Assembly: GCA_020184695.1 (NCBI GenBank) | Contig: JAANOX010000279.1 | Location: 1 to 64,000 of the forward strand | DNA: 64,000 nt | Direction of reading: 5' to 3' | Source: Histomonas meleagridis 2922-C6/04-290x | Taxonomy: Eukaryota > Protista > Parabasalia | Part shown: positions 20,979-32,200 of the stretch, in pieces | How the letters are laid out: each line of letters starts with the position of its first letter | Numbering within the stretch: the first letter of the stretch is position 1 | Translations under genes and position numbers: made by a program | The notes under the pieces: model-generated | What the model saw: the letters and a program-made list of their open reading frames with translations, nothing else | Databases searched by the model: none | What the model was told of the DNA's origin: nothing

Positions 20979-21749
20979 TTGTTTCATTTGAAACTTTCTT
21001 TCTTTTTCCAGCGTTTCATTTTTTTAGCTGTTTGGTTCTTTGTCAAGTTTTATGCAGAAAAATATTTCATACTTCCTTACTTTCAGGCAGAAAAAAATCA
21101 TACATTCGGAATTTGTTTTTCAATTTTTTGGTTTACAATAACTTTTATTTGGTTGGCTTCGTATTTTTTTGTTAGCTGGGGAGATCCTGGATCTGTAGAA
21201 GGACAAAAATTAAAATTAAGAAGAGTTGTTCAGAATTTAGATTTTCAGCTATCACATCTACAACTATGTCAGAAGTGTGGTGTGGAAAAGCCAAATAGAG
21301 CTCACCATTGTTCTAAATGCGGGAAGTGCTACATTAGATTTGATCATCATTGCCCTGCTGTTGGAAATTGTATTGCTTTTTCAAATGCACAACCATTTGC
21401 TTTATACCTTTCCTATGGGTCCCTTATTTTATTTAGTTTATCTTTCATTTCGGCTCTTTCAAAAGTTTTTTGCTCACCAATTAGACAAGATGTTACGGCA
21501 TCATTAAGCGTATTGTTTTTCATTCTAGGAGGTTGCTTATCAATGTTTGCTTGGAATACTGTTTCTTCATTGCTTAGTGACCAAACAACTCTCGAAAAAA
21601 TTTATCGAATGCAAATGGGACAAAAAATCACAAAAGAAAATTTTGAGCCTTTTTGGGGTAAATCAAAATTTAAATGGTTCATTCCTCATCATCCAGAAAT
21701 TAATGGCCTTGTTTGGGCAAAAGCTATTTCTTTACGCCAAGATTTTTAA
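20979..21749 (+). CDS. DHHC palmitoyltransferase (no in-frame ATG before the catalytic motif)
   Basis: CQKCGVEKPNRAHHCSKCGKCYIRFDHHCPAVGNCI, TM segments and a TTLE motif. Confidence 0.9.
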   Translation: MFHLKLSFFFQRFIFLAVWFFVKFYAEKYFILPYFQAEKNHTFGICFSIFWFTITFIWLASYFFVSWGDPGSVEGQKLKLRRVVQNLDFQLSHLQLCQKCGVEKPNRAHHCSKCGKCYIRFDHHCPAVGNCIAFSNAQPFALYLSYGSLILFSLSFISALSKVFCSPIRQDVTASLSVLFFILGGCLSMFAWNTVSSLLSDQTTLEKIYRMQMGQKITKENFEPFWGKSKFKWFIPHHPEINGLVWAKAISLRQDF

Positions 21750-22213
21750 CCACAACTCAAATTTTTTATTTTGTTTTTTATTTAATAAAATTTCTTTGTT
21801 TTCTTCTTTTTCAAATAAAGTTCTAATTCTTTTTTTCTGATACGATTTTTATTGATCAAAATAAACTATTGAAACAATGTGATGTGGGAGTTGACCGGAA
21901 TAAGCCGTTTAATGCATAGAAAAAACAATTTGCTTCTTTTTTTTCAGTAGTTTATCGAGACAATGGAAATAACTTTTTGACCGGGGTAAAATTTTGCAAA
22001 AGCATGTGCTGTCTTCAATTTTTTCTATGTGTCAATAGAAACATTCGAGTAGTGGAATCATCGATAAAAAATTTCGATTTTAGGAAATAACAATAGAAAT
22101 TTAGACATAAAATAATTCATTTTTGTTGGCGAACTTCAAATACATGGATAAATTTAATAAAAACCTAAATATTTTTTAGAATTCCAAAAGATCTTTTTTT
22201 TAATCTTCGTTTT

Positions 22214-22221
22214 GTCACTTT
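22214..22221 (+). promoter_or_regulatory. GTCACTTT M2-like motif
   Basis: ~70 nt upstream of the PDK1 ATG. Confidence 0.45.
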
Positions 22222-22290
22222 TCCCAAACCTTTTTTGAATAGTCAATAATAACCGCAATTTGTATTCAATTTGCCAAAAAAATAATTTCT

Positions 22291-23673
22291 ATGGAAAATA
22301 ACCAAAACAGCGCACCATCTCCCAAACCACAACGCAAGCAGAAGAGGAGAGATGACTTTAACCTCGGGAAATTGCTAGGGCATGGTGCCTTTGGTCAAGT
22401 ACTTGAAGTTACAGATAAAGAAACAGGGAAAAAATTTGCAATGAAAGTTCTCTCAAAAGCGCACATCGTCCGCGAAAATAAAATGCAATACGTGAAAGTT
22501 GAGCGTGACGTTATGACGAAATTAAACCATCCAAATGTTATCAAGTTATGTCTTACATTTCAAGACCCTGGAAACCTTTACTATGTTATCGAATATGCAC
22601 AGAATGGAGACCTTCAGAAAGTGTTAGAAAAGGTTCACACTTTAGAGTTTCCATGTATTATTCATTTGGCCGGCCAAATTTTACTTGGCTTGGCGCACAT
22701 TCACAAACATCGAATCATACACAGGGACTTGAAGCCGGAGAATATTCTTCTTGATGGTGAATACAGAGCCAAAATTACAGATTTTGGAACAGCTAAAATG
22801 TTTGCTGAAGATCAGCCATTTTATGTTGAAAAAGGATCGTTTGTTGGGAGTGCTGACTATGTGTGTCCTGAAACACTGGTTGAAACGCCTGTTGGCCCAG
22901 CATCAGATTTATGGTCGTATGGATGTATCTTATATAGGCTCATTGTTGGCCAACCTCCATTCCATTCCAATTCCATGTATGAAACGTTCCAACGAATCCA
23001 AGCATTAGATTTCAAAATACCAGAAAACGTTCCAGAAGATGCCAAAGATCTTATCCAAAAGTTAATCGTACTTGAGCCATCAAAGAGACTTGGTGAAGGA
23101 GAGTATGATTCCGACTATGAGTCCATTCGCAACCATCCGTTCTTTAGCGGCGTTGATTGGGAATCGCTTCCGCTTTCACCAACCCCCAATTTAAACGTTC
23201 CGGCCGACCCTGACGATGAAGCCGAAACCGCCGAAGCCAACGATACACAACCGCCGACCCCACCCGAACCGTCAAAACCTCCCGAACCGTCGGATCAACC
23301 GACTGAAACACACAAGACATCAGAACCAACCCATTTTAATAGCGTCAAAAAGACGAAAGTTCCTGAACTATTAAGTCCTGATGAGGATTGTATTTTCGAA
23401 GAATTCGTAACGAAGCAAAGACATCTTTCATTTAAACATCGTCTTCTCGTCCTCACCACAAAAGGGCGTCTGATATATGTAGACACTGAAGCTCATGAGA
23501 TTAAAGGTCAAATCCCTATATTCTCAGATACGAACGTGGTGATAAGTTCTAATCCGAAGAAATGGTCAATTCTCGTCGGAAAGAAGAGAGAGTATAAAAT
23601 GTCATCAGAAGACCCAGCATCTTCCGGAAAGTGGAAAAAGCTTATCGAAGAACAGAAGGAGAGAATGAAATAA
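22291..23673 (+). CDS. PDK1: AGC kinase, PDK1-like, with C-terminal PH domain
   Basis: GHGAFG, HRDLKPEN, DFG, SFVGSADYVCPE; VKVERDVMTKLNHP; PH-like tail KHRLLVLTTKGRLIYVD...IKGQIP. Confidence 0.85.
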   Translation: MENNQNSAPSPKPQRKQKRRDDFNLGKLLGHGAFGQVLEVTDKETGKKFAMKVLSKAHIVRENKMQYVKVERDVMTKLNHPNVIKLCLTFQDPGNLYYVIEYAQNGDLQKVLEKVHTLEFPCIIHLAGQILLGLAHIHKHRIIHRDLKPENILLDGEYRAKITDFGTAKMFAEDQPFYVEKGSFVGSADYVCPETLVETPVGPASDLWSYGCILYRLIVGQPPFHSNSMYETFQRIQALDFKIPENVPEDAKDLIQKLIVLEPSKRLGEGEYDSDYESIRNHPFFSGVDWESLPLSPTPNLNVPADPDDEAETAEANDTQPPTPPEPSKPPEPSDQPTETHKTSEPTHFNSVKKTKVPELLSPDEDCIFEEFVTKQRHLSFKHRLLVLTTKGRLIYVDTEAHEIKGQIPIFSDTNVVISSNPKKWSILVGKKREYKMSSEDPASSGKWKKLIEEQKERMK

Positions 23674-24090
23674 AGAATTATGCATCGAGAAATTATTTCA
23701 AAGTAATAAAATATTTCTTATTCGAATGAATTTGATGCATTATGTCCAATCGAATTAATCAAAATTTAAAGTTGTTAGCAAAATTATAAATTATCTTATT
23801 CAGAATAACGGAACTTCCTGTTTTAAATCGTATGCAGCTCTCGAAAAACAAAACTGTTTCCCGAAAAACAAGACTTATTAATCATTAAAAATTGATATTT
23901 TAAACTCGACGAACAGTGTAATAAAAGTTGGGATTAACCAGAAATTTGTGCCATTTTATAGTGTCATATCAAAATAAAACAAAAGGATTTAGAATCGTTA
24001 ATTTCGTTTTAATGATCTTTAACAAGGTTAATAAGCATTAAACACCAAGGAGAAAGCAATAAAAGAAGTATATTTTTTATTAGAAACAAA

Positions 24091-24885
24091 TTATTCAGTT
24101 ATGTTTGAAAGAGGAAGTGTTTCGTTGTCTTTTCTTAATCTGAAATATGTCACAATTATCGAAATGTCAATTGCACTTTGTAACACTGCGCCAAACGTGA
24201 AAGCTATTCCTGATCCATCAAAGAGAGAGATGACAAATTTTAAGATGTCGGCAATTATTGATTGTGTCATCAAAACGATACTGCATTTCCTCGGATCTTT
24301 CTTGATGACAACCTGAATAAATTTTGGAAGTGAAACTGTCGTATCGATTATGCTTGCGGAGAATATTAAAAGTGTTGTGATGGCTTTGAGTCCGAAAATA
24401 ATACATAAAATTTTGAAGGTTATAAGAATAAGAACAAAATAAAATAGAATTGAAACAATAAAGTCCGCAAGGTATTTGTATTTTGTGATCTTGAAATGTT
24501 CAATTGGATGTTTTCGAAATACTAATCGAAAAGACCTACCACCAAAAATCTTTTTACCTCGTCCAACTTGCATGTAATAGAAATACAAAACAATTTGTAT
24601 GACTTGAGCTAAAAATACTGCAATAGATTGACCTAGTAAATATGGAACAAATGGTTCATAGCTCCAATATATGAAACGCAAAAAATTACTTAAAATTAGA
24701 ATTAAAGATGAGGACATATCAAAATTATTTGAATTTTTTGTTTGAACCATTGTTCGAATTATATCAATGTAGCCAATTGTTGGAAGAAAGATGGCAATTG
24801 TATTAATAATATTGAATTGTGAGTTTGGAAAGAATGAAAAAAAATCTACAGAAAGTCGATCAATTGCTGAAAAAGGCAAAAGCAT
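24091..24885 (-). CDS. PQ-loop repeat membrane protein
   Basis: Multi-TM with two PQ-loop-like repeats (LPTIGY, LPKFIQ; LILILSNFLRFIYW); first ATG at 24885, whereas the ORF-track start at 24942 is TTG. Confidence 0.7.
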   Translation of the reverse strand: MLLPFSAIDRLSVDFFSFFPNSQFNIINTIAIFLPTIGYIDIIRTMVQTKNSNNFDMSSSLILILSNFLRFIYWSYEPFVPYLLGQSIAVFLAQVIQIVLYFYYMQVGRGKKIFGGRSFRLVFRKHPIEHFKITKYKYLADFIVSILFYFVLILITFKILCIIFGLKAITTLLIFSASIIDTTVSLPKFIQVVIKKDPRKCSIVLMTQSIIADILKFVISLFDGSGIAFTFGAVLQSAIDISIIVTYFRLRKDNETLPLSNITE

Positions 24886-24950
24886 TCCAAGATTGTAAAG
24901 CAAATGTAGACTATTGAATTTGTTTACGATGGAATAATCCAAAAAAATTA

Positions 24951-25901
24951 ATGAAATGTAATATATTTGATATCATTTTAGCAATACTTACTTTAAAATA
25001 TCAAGGTGGAGCATATGTATGGGATAAAAAAATTAGTGAAGAGTGTATAAATAAATTTATCAAAAATACAAGAACAATATTATCAACAGAACCATCACTA
25101 TTGAACTTGACTGGCAACTTTACTGTCGTAGGTGATATCCATGGTCAGTTATATAGTTTGTTACGAATTTTTGATGAATTTGGATATCCACCACAGACAA
25201 ACTATTTATTCTTAGGTGATTATGTAGACCGTGGTAAAAACTCATTAGAAGTTATTTTGTTATTGTTACTGCTTAAATCGCAGTATCCACATAATATTTA
25301 TTTACTCCGTGGCAATCATGAAGATGAATATGTATCCACCTCTTATGGCTTCAAAGCTGAGTGTCTTACAAAATTTACACCTAATGTATATGAAAAATTC
25401 ATCAAAACTTTTAAGCATCTTCCATATTCTGCCATCATAAACAATAAATATCTTTGTGTTCATGGCGGAATAGGACCACATGTTAAGAAGCTCATTGATA
25501 TTGAGAGAATTAAGAAGCCTAGCACCATTGAAATGTCTGAAATTTCTCTTTCAATCGTTTGGAGCGATCCAAGCAAAAATGTAAAAGACTTCAAATGTAG
25601 TTATCGCGGAAAAGGATATCTTTTTGGGCAAGAAAACTTAAGAAAGTTTCTTTCTGAAAACAATTTGACAAAATTGATTAGAGCTCATGAATATTTCAAA
25701 AGCGGATACACAGAGCCTCTAGAAGGATGCATTTCCTTGTTTAGTGCTATGAATTATTTTGGTGATCAAAATAATATTTCTGTCGCAATTGTTAATGAAA
25801 ATGTATCAATTTACACATTTGAACATGCTAGCGAAAAAGAAATAAAAGAATTTAAGCCAAAATTGCCAGAAAACAAAGAAGAAAACGAAAATGAATTATG
25901 A
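24951..25901 (+). CDS. PPP-family Ser/Thr phosphatase (PP1-like)
   Basis: GDIHG, GDYVDRG, LRGNHE, HGG, WSDP and RAHE motifs. Confidence 0.92.
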   Translation: MKCNIFDIILAILTLKYQGGAYVWDKKISEECINKFIKNTRTILSTEPSLLNLTGNFTVVGDIHGQLYSLLRIFDEFGYPPQTNYLFLGDYVDRGKNSLEVILLLLLLKSQYPHNIYLLRGNHEDEYVSTSYGFKAECLTKFTPNVYEKFIKTFKHLPYSAIINNKYLCVHGGIGPHVKKLIDIERIKKPSTIEMSEISLSIVWSDPSKNVKDFKCSYRGKGYLFGQENLRKFLSENNLTKLIRAHEYFKSGYTEPLEGCISLFSAMNYFGDQNNISVAIVNENVSIYTFEHASEKEIKEFKPKLPENKEENENEL

Positions 25902-26210
25902 GTTAACCAAAGTTAAAATATAATGTTAACCTTAATAAAAATAGAGTTTGATGTTGTTGTTTATTTAAGTATGTTTTTGTGAATTATAATTCAATAAGTA
26001 AAAAATCGTTTTCCCACTGAAACTTCCTATCGTAATATTGAAACAAAACTTTGTTTGTTTGCTATCAAACAAATTAAGGAAAAAACATGAAAAATCTTAC
26101 CTAATACCAATAGAGTGTGCTTCCGTAATGTATCGGATAAGTCTGATATTTCTTGTGATAAAATTTTAATTTTTTTTAAGCTTCCTTGTTGGGATTATTT
26201 TCAGCCGTTT

Positions 26211-29200
26211 ATGAAGAGAACGTTTATACAAAAAAACGTACAAATGAAGGAAAGCTCTGCTCCTTTTAGAGTTGTACCTGATTGTATTAATTTTAGAGAT
26301 GTTGCCAAAGATGAAATTGATGTATGTGAAGTATGTATAACAAATGTTACACAAAAATCATTACGAGTTCGTTGTTCAATTTCACCTAATAATTTACCAT
26401 TTATCTTATCTACAGAAGGAACAATTACAATTTCACCCGGGCTAACCTCAAAAGTTAAACTTCAGTACAAAGCAACTGATAATAAACAATATTCAGGAAC
26501 TCTAAAAGTTGAGTCATCTGATTCACAAATTTCAATTCCTGTAACAGCATCTCCACCTTCAGGCTATGTTATTCCAGATACCCGTTCAATCAACATGGGT
26601 GATATTGGAATTAATCAAAAATCCATTTTTTCATTTGCGATAACGAATATTGGGAATCAAGAAGGAAAATTCGAAGTAATAACCAATGAAGATTATGTCA
26701 AACTTGCGCCACAAAAAGGAACAATTTTACCTGGCAAAACACAAGAAATTACTATACTTATTGAACCCACTAAATTGGGTTCTTTTTCATTTCCAATATT
26801 TGTTTTATCACCAAATCAATTTAAATCCACGGAAGAAATCCAAATCAAAGGAAATGCAGTTCAAAACTCTGTTGAATTAACGATTGATAAAAAGCCATTT
26901 CAAGAATTAGATTTCCAATACATTTATGCCAACCAAAAACGAATAATTACAACTGAAATCACAAATAATAGTTCACAACGAAGATCATTTGTCATTATCA
27001 TCAAAGATACACCATATAGTGAAAATGCAATTCCTAAATCGAATGAAGCAAATCAAAACGCAACATTTTTTGCTGTTCCTTCTGAAGGTTTTTTAAATCC
27101 ACATCAAACAATTAACATAAATTTCATATTTGATCCCCCAAAAGTAACTTCACCAAGTAATGAAGAAAATGAAATTTCATTTACACAATATGCATTAATT
27201 GGAATTGTTGAAACGTGTCAAAAAATCGAATTTCAAATGTTTGGGAAAATTGTAAATCATTTAGTTACGATATCACCAATAGATTTTTCATTTGGGAAAC
27301 AATTATCAAACACACAAACGAAACAAACTTTAGTGATAACAAATAATTCGCAATTTTTACCAACATATTTTAAAATTAAACCAATTTCGCCTTATCGATT
27401 TGAGCCTTCAAAAGGTATGATATCACCAAAAAGTCAGAAACAAATTACAATTATATTCTATCCAAAAAATTTCGGTGTTTATGATAAGTCAACAATTATA
27501 TCATTCTGTAAAGGGCTTATAAAGAAAAACATAAATTTGAATGGCGAATGCGGTGAAATAACAAATAAACCATTCAAACGAATACCAGTTTATGAAACAG
27601 ATGAAAACGTACGTTATAATGTAACACATCCTGAATTAAAATATACATATGGAATCGAAGATATAAAGAAAAACGAAGTGAAAAAATCAATTTTTCATTC
27701 ATATATTTCTGAAAATGAAAGGAAACGAGAAGAAAAGTTACGCATTATGAATTTAATTAAAACACGAAAAAGTTTACAAAATCAAAATTCTAAATCGTCC
27801 ACAAAAATAACAAAAAATGTTCAATTAAAGGATTCATTTAATTCTGATGATGACGAAATTGATTATATTCCATTTGAAGGTTTAAAGCCACCAGACCCAC
27901 CATTACTTAATAAGAAAGTTCCATTATATCTTGAGCATCCTGAAAAATTCGGACTAATTAAATCGAAAGATAATCAACAAAATAATAAATTTAAGAATTC
28001 ATCACAAAAGAAATATGAAGAACATTTAAATGTTCAAAAGAAATTTAAACAAGTTCCGACAACAACACAAGAAATTAGTGAATGTTCAAGAATATTAACA
28101 CCAACACAACAATTAATGATCAATTCATCACATCAAACAATAAACTTTGGTAAAGTTCCAGTTTTTTCAACAACAAGTAAAACGTTTTCGATCACTAATA
28201 ATTTACAATTTAATATAATTGTTGCAATACATTTTGAAGATGATGAACTTTCAGGGAGTACACCAACAACTCAAATTATATCACCACATAGCATTGGTAG
28301 TTTTGAAATTAAGTTTTGTAGTAAACAACCAATGAATTATATGAAAATTATCCAATATACAATTAATGGACATCATTCTAATTCATTTTCTGTAAGTGCA
28401 CAAGTTGTTCCTATTGAGTTAAAATTATCAACAAATGTTTTAGAATTTAAGTTTTCGCCTGATTCTATTTTACCAGTAATAACTGATTTTATCTTAATTA
28501 CAAATGTTGGAATCGGTACAGGAAAATTTACATGGAATGGAATGAATAATTATATAAATATATCAAAAACTGAAGGAATTATTGAGCCGAATAAATCAAT
28601 TAGTTTAACAGTTACTTATACTCCTTCAAATCATTCACATGATGAAGTCGATTTAATTATGAATGTTGAAGGAGGATCGAAACAAATATTAAAATGTATT
28701 GGTGACGTAGGAACGCCAAAGATTAATATCTCTAAAAAATATATAAATTTCGGATTAATTCCAATTGGAATTGAAAAGATACAACAAATTAAATTAAAAA
28801 ACATTAGTGATGATGATGGAATTTTTAATATAGCAAATATCCAAGATAAAGAACTTAAAATATTACCTAAAAATGGAAGAATCCCTTCAAATGATTCTAT
28901 AACATTAGATTTAATATATAATTCTTCTTATCCTCATCAAATCGATGAAACAATTCGAATCGATATAGCTGGAACAACTTCAATATCATTTAATATAATT
29001 GGACAATCAGTTTTACCTCAAGTACAATTAAATAACACTGAATTTGAATTCGGAAAACTTTTTATAGGTTCTTCATCATCGATCGAAGGAACATTAGTTA
29101 ATACTGGTTCAATTCCAGCTATCCTTTATTTAAATCTTACATCGCATCCGGAATTTCATTTAAAACTTACAAGTCAATTATCATATAATAATAATAATCA

Positions 29201-32200
29201 AAACTCAATTACTATTTCATCCGAAAATGATCAAATTATTCAACAAAATGATGAAAATGTTGGGTTAATATATAAATTTTATATTATCGAAAATTCAAGT
29301 ATAAATTTTGATTTAGTATTTCAACCTATAAAAATTGGAGAACATTCATTCGAATTACCATTAACAATGATGAATATGGATTCTTCATCATTTCATTTGC
29401 AACCTATTGTTAGTGCTGAAGCAATTCAACCACCTTTATGGATATCAAACACATTTTTAGATTTTGGTATTTCACCATTATATAACAATGAAAATCCGAA
29501 TTTTAAGACTAAAAATAATTTCATTAAATTACGAAATGATTCTAAATTAACATGTTTATGGAGAATTGATACGTCCAATGAATTAATTCAAAACCCCGAA
29601 GTTTTTTCTATTGAACCTTCAAATGGTAGTTTAACTAAAGGTGAAACTATAACATTAAATATATCATTTAAACCAAGAAAACCAATTCCGTATAACTTAC
29701 ATTTACAAATATTTGTATCTTATAAAGATTCGGAAGAAAATGTAATTGGACAAATCCAATTAACAGGAATTGGTACACAAACACAAATAAAAATGTCTTC
29801 AAATTCAATAGCTTTACCAATAGTACCATTAGGAGTTAAAAGTCAAGAACAATTATATGTTATAAATGAGGCTAATATTGACTCTAATTTGAAATATACA
29901 ATTGCTATTGATGAAACACATTTTCCATTACAAGTTAAATTTCCAAAAGGTACACATTTCGAAAACACAACAGAAAAGTTACCAATTATTATATCTTTTT
30001 CTTCATTAAAACCTATGAGTTTTTCGACTAATGTTGCAATTACTGATGATAAAGGTAATGCTACAAGTTTCTCCGTATATTGTACAACAGATAATTCTAT
30101 TTTTACAATTTATCCATTCATTAAACAAAAAGATATCATTAAAGTTATTGATGAAAAATTACAAATTGATAATAAAAAAGATTTTGTTGCTATGGAATTA
30201 ACTTCTCGTTTTATATCTTGTTTTGATTATATTGATTTCGAAAATGTCGATAATTGGAATTCTATTTTTACTAATAATGATATTTTATTCATTAAAAGAT
30301 ATTTAAGTCAAATTGCATTAAATTCGCAAATTAATAACTTTCCAAATGATTTAATATTAAATAATTTTTCGTTATTATTTGAAATGATACAAAATCTTTA
30401 TGGAAATAAATTACCTAATATTGATATAGATATTAATAATAAAACAATTAAACAAAATGATCATATTTTAAAGAGATTAAACTTATTAAATAAATTGTTG
30501 TTACAATTAAGTTCACTTGGAGCTTTATTATCTTCTATTAAACCCGAGTTTTTATTATCTAAATCTGATTTTATTCATATATTAAAAGATCAAATTTCAG
30601 ATAAATTACTTGGAATTGATTATTTTAATGCTCCGAATATAATAAATCAAAAGGATTTAAATGAATATACTTCATCGAAATTCTTTTCTGAATCTTTAAT
30701 GAAAAGAATTCAAATCGTCGAAAAGTTATATGACCAGTTAAGCATTGAAAGCTGGATGTTATTATTATTACAAATAATTAAAATTTTTATCATAAATAAA
30801 ATTGATTCAACGAAATTTAATCAAATTCCTGGTGTTAATGAAGCTACTTCTAATTTAAAAACTATTGCTAATCGTTATAATGATTCATCTGATAAAATTT
30901 CAATAATTTTACCCTCACAAAAAATAATACAAAATTCGAATATTTATAATTCATCTGAACGAACAATCTTTAAATGGTTTTCATTATATTTATGTATATA
31001 TAAGAATGATATTATTAAACCGATATATACATTTAAAGAATACAATAATTCGTTAGCATTTGAAGCAATATTAAAATGTTATATACCAAATATTTCCATA
31101 ACATTAAATCATGAGAATCCTAATGATGAAGAAATAATACAACAAAATGCTCATTTAATCGTACAAACATTAAATGAGTTAAAATTAGGCTTTTATCCTT
31201 ATGCAAATGAAATAATTAATGGTAATGAAATAACATTAGCATTAATTTCTACGTTTTTATATGAAACAATTCCATATTTCTTACCTTCGTTAACATTAGA
31301 TTTTAATTTACCTTTACATAAATCAATACAAAAATCAATAGCTATAACAAATCCTTCGAAAAATGAAATTAGTTATCATGCGAAATTAGAATCAAATCAA
31401 AATTATCAATTAATTAATGATAATATAACAATTCAACCATTTAAAACACAAGAATTTCCAATACAATTCTTCGCACGTTCAATCAGACAAACAAAAGGTC
31501 GTTTGATATTAACACCATCAAAAACACGAATTATTACTTCACGTTCAGATAATAATACACAAAATAACAATAATAATAATAAACATATTTTCCCTGCACC
31601 AATTGTAATTGATTTAATATCAAATGTTATATTAAATCAACCAGATGAAACTTATAATATCGAAGGAATAATTTATGAACCGACGAAATTAAAATTAAAA
31701 ATTAAAAATTATATTGGAATTCCTTCAACTGTAAAAATATATTCGAAAGTTATCCAAATTAATGAAGAAAATGAAAATAATTTATCAATTCAACAACAAA
31801 TTAATAATTTAATAAATAATCATCAAGATGATAATAATAATAATTTACCTGATGAAAGTTTCGACTCATATATAAAATTACATAAAACTTTTATATTTAG
31901 TGAAAAAGAAATTAATTTCGAAGAAGAAGATCAAAATATTAATTTCGATGTTGAATTTATACCAATTTCATTAGGACAATATAAATGTTTAATATTATTT
32001 GAAGATGTACAAAACGGAGAATTTATAATTGAAATAAATGCTAAAGTTAAATTCCCGACACCAATAGAAATCTCATTAAACAAGTTTAAAGTCGAAAGTA
32101 ACTCAACAATTACTGCAAATATTCCAATTGAAATTAATAACAATTCATTAATTAAAGCTTTAGCTTATTCATTTGAACGACAACGCTTTTTTAACACGTT

